From assembly GCF_000008645.1 (NCBI RefSeq), contig NC_000916.1:300001-332000 (forward strand): a DNA stretch of 32,000 bases, in the 5' to 3' direction. This DNA is from Methanothermobacter thermautotrophicus str. Delta H. GTDB taxonomy: Archaea; Methanobacteriota; Methanobacteria; Methanobacteriales; Methanothermobacteraceae. Of the stretch, positions 1-7,497 are shown one piece after another. The notes under the pieces are model-generated. The model had not been told where the DNA came from, did not search any database, and was given only the letters and a program-made list of their open reading frames with translations. Positions within the stretch are counted from its first letter, which is position 1, and each line of letters begins with the position of its first letter. The translations under genes and the position numbers were made by a program.

Positions 1-1383
1 GCTGGCGGCATCCATGATCATCGATGCGGTGATTGAATTTTCAGCAGACGGCTTTGTTGTTGCGGATGGTATCCCACCCAGAAAGTCTTTATCGATCAAC
101 CCGTACCTGAAGAGGGCGTATCCGTCGGCTCCTCCACGGAGGGCTGAATCTATATCTCCCCTGAGCTCATCTGCAGGTATGGGCGTCACATCACTGTCGG
201 ATCTGTAGGTCTGAAGTCCGGTCCACACCTGTGCACCGGGGCTCCTGGCCTTGATGTAGGCAGTTACATTCTGTATCCATGAGGAATCCTCCCGGTAGTT
301 ACCCTTGTAGACCATCGGCACAAGGACGTCCAGATACTCTGCAAGCTGGGTGTAGTTCTGGCCATAGTAGTAGGCATTTGATCCCTTCTCTGGCATCAGG
401 GCAGCCGACAGTAGAAGCCCGGGGTTAACAGATTTAACGGCTTCACTGATCCTCCTGACTATCCCTGTTATGGTTGCTGTTGAGTTGGGCACCTGGTATG
501 CGTTTCCAGGGTACCGGATATAGTCGAGGTGGATACCACCAACCCCTGGAATGCTGGTGTATGATAGCACCCTCCGGGTGAGGTTATCAATGAACTGCTC
601 TGCATAGCTTGTGTTGTAGCCGTATCTTGTCTCTGTACTGGTAACCGTCTTTGTAACTGTCCTGTACTTTATGGTGTAACGTGTCTCCTTGACGTACCTG
701 TAGGAGGTTTTCTTAACGTAGCGGTACTTCCAGGTGTATCTCCACTTACCCCTGTACTTGTACCATGACTTGTACCACTTCTTCACATAGGTTGTGTAGG
801 CCTTCTTCACTGTTACAGTGTAATAGTACTTGTAGGGTTCCTTGACTGTGACCTTGCTGGTGGTTGTAACATTGTAGGCGTACCTGCCGGTTGGGTCAAC
901 CCATTTGCCGTTAGCATCCTTGAGGCAGATGACCCAGGCACTCACCCTTATACCCTGGGCTGAAGTGTTACCGAGGAATGAGGTGAGGTTTGCTCTGAAG
1001 CGTTCATCATTGAAGGCCAGCTGCTCAAGGAAAACATCAGATATACCCTTACCTTTGAGTTCACTGAGGTTGACCTTTCCCATGTCATAGGCCTTGACCC
1101 AGATGGCGCCGTGTGCCTGTTCTGTTGTTGTGTTTTCCTGTGTTTGTGTTGTGTTCTGCTCTGCTGTTTCTGTTGTGTTTTCCGTTGTTGTGTTTGTGTT
1201 CTGGGCCTCCATATCCTCTGTGCTGCTGTCTGCCATTTCAACGGCAGACGCCACATTTGAGCCCATGAATGAAAGCACCAGAACAAGGGCTATTAGAATG
1301 TTCAGCTTTCTCGAAATTTTACCGCCTCCACTGGGGCTAAAAACCCCATGTAGACTCTTAAAAAGGCCTTTATATATAAACAT
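1..1383 (-). CDS. Secreted putative glycoside-hydrolase-like protein (GHL10/DUF187-type), 5' portion; the gene continues past the left edge of the window
   Basis: Absent from the ORF track because it is edge-truncated. Hand translation of the minus strand is open from 1383 down to 1. Order of elements: KISRKLNILIALVLVLSFMGSNVASA (Sec-type signal peptide); EAQNTNTTTENTTETAEQNTTQTQENTTT linker; AIWVKAYDMG...GIRVSAWVICLKD; a Y/K/W-rich insert; GGIHLDYIRYPGNAY...LVPMVYKGNY...GADGYALFRYG; then SITASMIMDAAS, which resembles the start of a pseudomurein-binding repeat. The start codon is uncertain (see finding); 1383 is only the most upstream in-frame ATG. Confidence 0.75.
   Translation of the reverse strand, partial: MFIYKGLFKSLHGVFSPSGGGKISRKLNILIALVLVLSFMGSNVASAVEMADSSTEDMEAQNTNTTTENTTETAEQNTTQTQENTTTEQAHGAIWVKAYDMGKVNLSELKGKGISDVFLEQLAFNDERFRANLTSFLGNTSAQGIRVSAWVICLKDANGKWVDPTGRYAYNVTTTSKVTVKEPYKYYYTVTVKKAYTTYVKKWYKSWYKYRGKWRYTWKYRYVKKTSYRYVKETRYTIKYRTVTKTVTSTETRYGYNTSYAEQFIDNLTRRVLSYTSIPGVGGIHLDYIRYPGNAYQVPNSTATITGIVRRISEAVKSVNPGLLLSAALMPEKGSNAYYYGQNYTQLAEYLDVLVPMVYKGNYREDSSWIQNVTAYIKARSPGAQVWTGLQTYRSDSDVTPIPADELRGDIDSALRGGADGYALFRYGLIDKDFLGGIPSATTKPSAENSITASMIMDAAS
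1369..1380 (-). promoter_or_regulatory. Archaeal TATA-box candidate (palindromic TTTATATATAAA) for the hydrolase-like gene
   Basis: Perfect match to an A/T-rich archaeal TATA element. An ATG at 1350..1348 lies about 25 nt downstream of its centre, the spacing expected for a leaderless transcript. Confidence 0.5.
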
Positions 1384-1403
1384 TGTGGTTTAAAAATTGA
1401 AAA

Positions 1404-1453
1404 AAGACATTATTAGAACTTTTTAAATCAAATAAGACAATATTAGAGTCTTT
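1404..1453. promoter_or_regulatory. Pair of direct repeats AAGACAwTATTAGA spaced 30 bp, just upstream of the TATA box
   Basis: Copy 1 is aagacattattagaacttt (1404-1422). Copy 2 is aagacaatattagagtcttt (1434-1453). The 14-nt core has 1 mismatch, and the spacing is about 3 helical turns. Confidence 0.3.
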
Positions 1454-1627
1454 CACGGTTTTCATTATGCTCCGTGAGTCTGGATAACAGCTCCTAAAAA
1501 GATAAGAGCATTCGCGCTCCGGATCTAATTTCGGAGCCACCATATAACCGCTGTTCAGAGGAGGAGGTCTGCGCATGTCAGATTAAGGGGGTAATACAAT
1601 GTTTGATCAACTCTCCACATAAACCCC

Positions 1628-3166
1628 TCACTCCTCAAGCTCACAGACCCCACTGTAACAGCTGAATATCTCATCTGAGATCCTCCTGGTAGCCTCACGC
1701 TTCTCTGAAACCACCACATCGGCCCCTGCCGTGTAGAGCATCTCAGTATTCTCAAATCCCCTTATCCTCGCTATTATCTTCATACCCTCATTCAGCGCCC
1801 TGGCTTCATGGATGGCATGGACCGTGGACCGGTAGTCTGCAATGGCAATCACCATCACCGCAGCCTCCGGGACATTGAAATGCCTCAGCACGGCCAGGTG
1901 CGTCCCATCCCCATAGTAGACATTGAGACCCTCATCGCGGGCCCTTCTCACGGCTTCAGGGTTGACATCCAGGCCTATGTAGGGTATACCATGGTCCTCA
2001 CAGGTATCAGCAAGCCTCCTCCCGGTTATACCCATACCTATGATTATCAGGTGGTCCCTGAGGTCCACAGAGGGCCTCCTGTAGACCCTCCCATTCTTTA
2101 TCCGGGGGTGGAGGTCCGCGCGGACTATCCTCTCTGAGATCCTGGGTGAGAGCGATATGAGGAAGGGGGTGATGGCCATGGTTATCAGTGAAACCGAGAG
2201 GAAGGCCTGGAATGTTAAACGGTCCATGAGGCCGTAACGTAGCCCGGTCTCAGAGAGTATGAAGGAGAACTCACCGATCTGTGCAAGGACAAGGCCCAGA
2301 AGGACCACAACCCTTGCGGAGTAGCCCATGACGAATCCAACGAGGCTGTTCATGACCACCTTTATCATGAGAACCCCGATAACCGCAAGGACTATGAGGT
2401 AGATGTGGTCCAGGAAGAACCTCAGATCCAGCAGCATACCCAGGGAGACGAAGAAGAAGCTCAGGAAGACCTCCTGGAAGGGGAGTATTGTCCCCTGGGC
2501 CCTGTGGGCGTATTCTGTGTTCGCAACGATGGAACCCACCAGGAAGGCCCCCAGGGCGGGTGACAGGCCCACCTCCCCTGTGAGCCAGGTGACAGAGGCG
2601 CATACAAGTATGACTGTGAGGAGGAATATCTCACGGCTCCCTGTGGCCGCAACCACATCGAAGAGCCTGGGCACAAGCACCTTGCCGATACAAGGTTCCC
2701 AAGGGAGCACAGCACCGGCTGTGAGGAGGGTTCCCAGCGCCGATGAGGGGTCACCCACCACCCCGCCAAGGAAGGGCACCGTGAGGATCATGGGCACGGC
2801 TGCAACGTCCTGAAATATGAGGATGGCCAGGGAGGCCTGTCCATGGGGTGCCTCTGTCTCATGGAAGTCCTGGAGGACCTTGAGGACCACAGCTGTACTG
2901 CTGAGTGATATCAGGAAACCCAGGAAGACGGCTTTACCCGGGCTTAGACCCAGCACCATGGTGAGGATGGTCACCACCGAGACAGTCAGACATATCTGGA
3001 GGGTTCCACCTATAAGGGCTGTTCTTCTGAACTCCCCGAACCTTTCAGCTGACATTTCAAGTCCGATTGTGAAAAGAAGCAGTATAACACCCAGTTCAGC
3101 CAGGCTCTCAATACTCCCTGATGACACAGCCCCGAGGACAGATGGACCGGCTATCACCCCGGTCAC
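1628..3166 (-). CDS. Kef-type monovalent cation (K+)/H+ antiporter with C-terminal TrkA-N/RCK domain; N-terminus apparently detached by a frameshift
   Basis: 512-aa ORF with a GTG start in the track. Multi-TM CPA2-like body (PHILGFFVTGVIAGPSVLG just upstream in frame, ILIFQDVAAVPMIL, LSPALGAFLVGSIVANTEY). C-terminal Rossmann domain HLIIIGMGITGRRLA...GADVVV. Confidence 0.85.
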   Translation of the reverse strand: MTGVIAGPSVLGAVSSGSIESLAELGVILLLFTIGLEMSAERFGEFRRTALIGGTLQICLTVSVVTILTMVLGLSPGKAVFLGFLISLSSTAVVLKVLQDFHETEAPHGQASLAILIFQDVAAVPMILTVPFLGGVVGDPSSALGTLLTAGAVLPWEPCIGKVLVPRLFDVVAATGSREIFLLTVILVCASVTWLTGEVGLSPALGAFLVGSIVANTEYAHRAQGTILPFQEVFLSFFFVSLGMLLDLRFFLDHIYLIVLAVIGVLMIKVVMNSLVGFVMGYSARVVVLLGLVLAQIGEFSFILSETGLRYGLMDRLTFQAFLSVSLITMAITPFLISLSPRISERIVRADLHPRIKNGRVYRRPSVDLRDHLIIIGMGITGRRLADTCEDHGIPYIGLDVNPEAVRRARDEGLNVYYGDGTHLAVLRHFNVPEAAVMVIAIADYRSTVHAIHEARALNEGMKIIARIRGFENTEMLYTAGADVVVSEKREATRRISDEIFSCYSGVCELEE

Positions 3167-3270
3167 AAAGAAGCCCAGAATGTGGGGTTCCTGGCCCGGT
3201 TGAGCAGAAGGAGGACCATGAGTGCCAGGCTGAATATTATGACAATCTCCCTCATGAGTGGAACGTCCAT
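3167..3270 (-). other. Out-of-frame 5' coding segment (first TM helix) of the Kef-type gene
   Basis: Minus strand reads ATG(3270) GAC GTT CCA CTC ATG(3255) AGG GAG..., giving MDVPLMREIVIIFSLALMVLLLLNRARNPTFWASL*. It then stops, while the main ORF frame reads ...PHILGFFVTGVIAGP. The two frames join if one base is added to the G4 run at 3184-3187. Confidence 0.65.
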
Positions 3271-3440
3271 GTTAACACCATTTTAACTTTCTCTGACCGG
3301 TTTCTAATTAGCTTTTGTATCCGGTGTTCATTATCCCATTCTGCCTCGTGTATCCGGTGTTTATTCCGGGGCTCTGATCTGATGGCAATGGTTCCTGTTA
3401 TTATGGATTATATATGATGTTCTCTCAGCGGAGCGAACCA

Positions 3441-3471
3441 TCAAAAAGAAAAAATGAGGTTTATTAACCTC
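3441..3471 (-). terminator. Hairpin plus oligo-T terminator after the PMBR/transglutaminase gene
   Basis: Minus strand reads GAGGTT-AATA-AACCTC (6-bp stem, overlapping the last base of the TAG stop), followed by ATTTTTTCTTTTTG. Confidence 0.6.
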
Positions 3472-5075
3472 TAAAAGGGTAAACTCGCGTATATGCCCTT
3501 TATCACTGCGCTGGAAGTGTTCCAGTTGTTCACAACTCCAAGGCTGTTCCTTGAGCTTGTTGCATCTGCAGCGTACCATGTATCGCCAACGAGGAGCTGG
3601 GCCCAGACATGTCCATAGACGTTACCTGATGTGAAGTTACAGGTCCCGTGCACATACCTGGCAGGTATCCCGGCAGCCCTTGCCAGGGCAACCAGGAGGT
3701 GTGTGTGGTCCACACAGTTACCTGTCCTGTTTTTGAGTGTGCCCACTGCGCCGTACTTCGTATTATAGTAGAAGCTGTAGTTTATATTGTCACGCACCCA
3801 GCCGAAGACGGCCTCCGCCCTGGAAAACGTCGAGGTCAGCCCCCTTGTTATCTCAGATGCAAGGGATCTGATATCAGGACTGTCCACGGGACAGCTGGCT
3901 GACGAGGCGAGGTACCTTGCGGTGCTCTCACCCCTGTAGGGGTCATTCTCTGGCCGGTTCTTCAGGGAGGACGCCAGCCTCGTCACGGTCACGGTGTTCG
4001 GAAGTCTTTTGTTGCTGCTGTAGAAGCTCAGGACCCTTGAAATGGAGTATACAAGGCTCTCATACGAGATTCTACCTTTACTTGATCCTGCATAATTTGG
4101 GGCCCTATGGTTCTTCTCCATGAACCCCTGAACGCCGGATGCCACCTTGAGGTACTCTAACCTTGTGAGAGTACCCCTGGCATCACCTGCAGGGTTTGCT
4201 GCCTCACCGGCAGTTACCGGTGCGACTGGGGTGTTCTTCCCCAGATTTATCTGGTTGAGGCATTTAACCATAAGATGCAGAAACTGGGCTATACCAAGCC
4301 TCTGGTTTGCCACCTGCACATACCCGGGTAGGCTCTGATTCCTGTCAATGTAGTTCTTCAGTGAATTGGCCGCTGCAAGTATCTGCTCCCTTGTGAACCC
4401 TGAATTGCCACTGGCAGCATCGCTGCTGCCGGAATTGTTACTGGTGGGTGTGGAGGATTTCACAGAATTCAGTGCGTCCAGTTTGATGTGGTTTGGAAGG
4501 CGCTGATTTGCCACTTTAAAATTAATTGCCCTTGCAAATAGCCACACAAGTGATTCGAATCCTATCTTCTGGTCCCTGAAGCCTATGTATCCGGGCGCCC
4601 CTCCTGAGGAGAGGACCCTCCCTGCAACTTCAAGGTAATCCTTAAGGTAAATTGAGCCTTTGAGCATGGTCCCTGATGTTTTCCCTGGAACCTGGACCTG
4701 ATTCACTGTGGGTGTCCGGTTGAGGACGTAGTATGCTTCAAGCTGCAGGAACTGTGCCATGTTCACCTTAACGCTTCCAACCTCAACTGTGAGGGGAAGA
4801 CGTTTATTCCTTGCTATGAAGGCGTTGACACGGACTGCGGCGTCCTCAACATCGGCCCGTGAAACGGATGGGCCCGCTGCAGAGTCCAGAGTCCTGTTAG
4901 CCTCTGCACTCCCATTAACCACTGCAACTGTGGAGTTTGACTCCATCACCGTACTGCAGGTTTTCACTGTCATATTATCAGGAAGCAGTGCTTCTTCACC
5001 TTGTGTGTTCTGGGCATAGATCTCTCCGGTATTAAGTAACACCATGCATGCAAAGAGCACGCACAGCAGTTGCAT
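3471..5075 (-). CDS. Secreted protein with pseudomurein-binding repeats and a C-terminal transglutaminase-like cysteine protease domain
   Basis: 534 aa. Signal peptide MQLLCVLFACMVLLNTGEIYA. About four PMBR-like units (e.g. FTREQILAAANSLKNYIDRNQSLPGYVQV, VEDAAVRVNAFIARNKRLPLTVEV, ...NKRLPNTVTV). Transglutaminase core GNCVDHTHLLVALARAAGIPARYVHG...GHVWAQLLVGDTWYAADAT (Cys/His/Asp). Many N-x-S/T sequons. Confidence 0.85.
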   Translation of the reverse strand: MQLLCVLFACMVLLNTGEIYAQNTQGEEALLPDNMTVKTCSTVMESNSTVAVVNGSAEANRTLDSAAGPSVSRADVEDAAVRVNAFIARNKRLPLTVEVGSVKVNMAQFLQLEAYYVLNRTPTVNQVQVPGKTSGTMLKGSIYLKDYLEVAGRVLSSGGAPGYIGFRDQKIGFESLVWLFARAINFKVANQRLPNHIKLDALNSVKSSTPTSNNSGSSDAASGNSGFTREQILAAANSLKNYIDRNQSLPGYVQVANQRLGIAQFLHLMVKCLNQINLGKNTPVAPVTAGEAANPAGDARGTLTRLEYLKVASGVQGFMEKNHRAPNYAGSSKGRISYESLVYSISRVLSFYSSNKRLPNTVTVTRLASSLKNRPENDPYRGESTARYLASSASCPVDSPDIRSLASEITRGLTSTFSRAEAVFGWVRDNINYSFYYNTKYGAVGTLKNRTGNCVDHTHLLVALARAAGIPARYVHGTCNFTSGNVYGHVWAQLLVGDTWYAADATSSRNSLGVVNNWNTSSAVIKGIYASLPF

Positions 5076-5258
5076 ACCACGGGATATACTATCGCCTCCA
5101 GAATGCAGGACGGAATCCTGCAGCTAATATTTCTGCCCCTGATTTTATTTATAAATTGTGATCTTTTTCTGGTTTCTGGTTTCTGGGGGTTGCGGTAAAA
5201 TTAGAAGAAAGCCCCTATTTTGAGACTCTTTTTGTGTGTATCCGGTTTTTCAGGGTTC

Positions 5259-7361
5259 TTAGAATCTCTTTTTGTACTGTATCTCCGAGAACCTCACCCG
5301 GAACTCTGCGCCCCCATTGGAGGTGTACTCCAGTTCACCGTTCAGCTGCTCGGTCAGGTTCCTCACAAGGAGCATCCCAAGGCTCTTGAGGCTGTCCAGG
5401 TTGAAGTCATCAGGGAGTCCCACGCCATCATCTGCAACGGTAAGCAGAAACCCATCACCATCACGGCCCAGTGAAACACGCACCTCTCCTCCACCATCAG
5501 GGAATGCATACTTGAAGGCGTTTGTCACAAGTTCATTCACTATGAGTCCCAGTGGCATTATGGTGTCAACGTTGAGCTTGATGTCCTCTATTTCAAATCT
5601 GAGATCAACCCGCTGATCAGGCCTCATGTAGGAGAACATTATGCTCCTTGCAAGGCCCTCTATGTAGCCCCTCACATCCACATCCGCAAGGTTCCCTGAA
5701 CGGTAGAGCTTCTCATGTATCATTGACATGCTCATGATGCGCCCCTGGCTGTCCCTGAGGACACCGGTGATTCCCGGGTCATCTATGTAGCTGCTCTGAA
5801 GGTTAAGGAGGCTTGAGATAACCTGCAGGTTGTTCTTGACCCGGTGGTGTATCTCCCTCAGTAGCAGCTCCTTCTCCTCAAGGGATTCCACTAGTCTCTT
5901 CTCATAGAATATCCTCTTCAGTGTCGAGGCAGCCTCTCCACCCATCGTTTCAAGCAGTCTAAGCTCATATTCATCCGGTTCATGCCCGTTCCTGAAGACC
6001 ATGAAGCCGAGGGTCTTATCGTCATGTCTCAGTGCCACCGCTATAAGGTCATCCCTCACCAGCACGGCATCATCCATTTCTCCAAGGATTTCCTCGGGGT
6101 TATCAATGATGAAGCCGTCTCCCATGGGCTTCAGGACACCATCCCTCATGAGGTAGACAGCACCCTCTGATAGGCCCAGATGCTCATTAAGAAGTACCAT
6201 GACATTCCTGAATAGCTCATCAGGGCTGTTACTGTGGTTTATCCTGATTATGGCTTCATTGAGGGTCCTGAACTCATGTAGGCGCATCCTGGTAAGTTTC
6301 TCTGATTTCTCTGTTTCCTCTATCCTGTCCCTCAGCCTGAGTGTGTGGCGGAGGTCCTGGGCTACCATGGAGTAGCCCACCACATCGGCACCCTCCCTTA
6401 TGAGTGATATGAAGAGCTTCACAGGGAGCCGCTCACCATCTGACCTCAGGTACTCAATGGATAGCGGCCTGTGATGATAGTCACCCCTGGAGGATGAAGC
6501 CCTCTCCCTGATGTCCTCAAATTCCCTCTCCAGTTTGCCGTGGTGTTCGGGTGCAACGATGTCCCTCCAGTCCCCTGCAGAGTCCACACCCAGTTCACTT
6601 TCTGCCCTCTGGTTGAGCTTTGTCACCCCTCCCTCTGCATCCAGGAGGACTACGAGGTCGGTGACCTTATCTATTATGCTCTCACCTGCAAGGGATGGGC
6701 TCATGGATGGTGGATGGTAATTGGCCATCCCATGGACGATACCTGCGGCTCCGATCATCCCCACGATCTGTCCCAGGGTGTTCATGTTCTGGGGGCTTGA
6801 CGGGATGAGGGTGGTCACGATGAGGGCTGCAATGAGGCTGAAGGATGATGTGATGAATATGAGGGTGGTCATATTCCTCTCACGGTGGGATGGTGCCACC
6901 CTGGCATGGTTCCATATGAGTGAGACTGCAACGGCAAGATAACCCACCATGTAGGCCTCAAATAATCCCCGGAAGTCTCCGGTCCATGAGAGGAGGTCAT
7001 GGATGTCCCCCGGTTTAACAAGGGAGGCCACAAGCAGCAGGTAGATGAAGAGGAAGGAGGGTATTATGGGTATAACGGTGAACTTACCGGGTCTTTCATC
7101 ATCTGCAGAGAGTACCAGGGCAAAGTTCAGGAATAGGGCTGGCAGCAGGATGATGGAGAGGCCCGAGAGCATGTAGAATATCAGACTGTACACGCCTGAG
7201 GTGGTGTGGAGGAGTGTGGATGTCAGTGCCCACAGGGCCAGTGCTATGGCTATGAGAAGGAAGCTCCACTCCAGATTACACCTCCTCAGCTTGAGGGGGT
7301 ACATTCCGGCCCCCAGATAGAATACCGATGCCAGTACCGATAGGGTTATGTAGATGTCCAT
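5259..7361 (-). CDS. Membrane sensor histidine kinase (multi-TM sensor, PAS, GAF, HisKA_2-type phosphoacceptor, HATPase)
   Basis: 700 aa. The N-terminal ~210 aa contain about 6-7 hydrophobic helices. PAS-like segment DLVVLLDAEGGVTKLNQRAESELG. GAF-like segment LGLSEGAVYLMRDG...TLGFMVFRN. H-box EIHHRVKNNLQVISSLLNLQS. ATPase motifs LIVNELVTNAFKYAF and DDGVGLP. No response regulator lies adjacent. Confidence 0.85.
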   Translation of the reverse strand: MDIYITLSVLASVFYLGAGMYPLKLRRCNLEWSFLLIAIALALWALTSTLLHTTSGVYSLIFYMLSGLSIILLPALFLNFALVLSADDERPGKFTVIPIIPSFLFIYLLLVASLVKPGDIHDLLSWTGDFRGLFEAYMVGYLAVAVSLIWNHARVAPSHRERNMTTLIFITSSFSLIAALIVTTLIPSSPQNMNTLGQIVGMIGAAGIVHGMANYHPPSMSPSLAGESIIDKVTDLVVLLDAEGGVTKLNQRAESELGVDSAGDWRDIVAPEHHGKLEREFEDIRERASSSRGDYHHRPLSIEYLRSDGERLPVKLFISLIREGADVVGYSMVAQDLRHTLRLRDRIEETEKSEKLTRMRLHEFRTLNEAIIRINHSNSPDELFRNVMVLLNEHLGLSEGAVYLMRDGVLKPMGDGFIIDNPEEILGEMDDAVLVRDDLIAVALRHDDKTLGFMVFRNGHEPDEYELRLLETMGGEAASTLKRIFYEKRLVESLEEKELLLREIHHRVKNNLQVISSLLNLQSSYIDDPGITGVLRDSQGRIMSMSMIHEKLYRSGNLADVDVRGYIEGLARSIMFSYMRPDQRVDLRFEIEDIKLNVDTIMPLGLIVNELVTNAFKYAFPDGGGEVRVSLGRDGDGFLLTVADDGVGLPDDFNLDSLKSLGMLLVRNLTEQLNGELEYTSNGGAEFRVRFSEIQYKKRF

Positions 7362-7497
7362 CCTCCCACATCTCTTAAAGTATACATAAAATGAGGTGGT
7401 ATACTGGTTATATCCGGGTTACCATTAAATACCTTTACGGTCATGAGGGTGTGTATCTACCGGAGGCCCACCGGGTATTAATTCATGGAGGATCATA

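Noticed and set aside
948-1286. 112-aa minus-strand ORF rich in Q/T/K/R (MFWCFHSWAQ...QQRKTQQKQQSRTQHK...)
   Set aside because: It is the wrong reading frame of the low-complexity Asn/Thr-rich linker. The adjacent frame carries a signal peptide and conserved hydrolase-like motifs and stays open to the window edge.
1384-1627. 245-bp gap inspected for a tRNA or small RNA (hairpin CTCCG-gatctaattt-CGGAG near 1519-1538)
   Set aside because: No cloverleaf-compatible arms and no conserved T-loop (GTTCRAATC) or D-loop elements. The single 5-bp stem is not significant. The gap more likely holds only terminator and promoter sequence.
1808-3203. Plus-strand ORFs of 109-136 aa (1808-2137, 2403-2813, 2817-3203) antisense to the Kef-type gene
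   Set aside because: They are shadow ORFs on the opposite strand of a well-supported membrane-protein gene. Their composition is Pro/Arg/Ser/Thr-rich and they show no recognisable motifs. The same reasoning applies to 12963-13304, 14031-14444, 14590-15021, 21955-22374, 24503-24964, 25100-25537 and 27624-27953.
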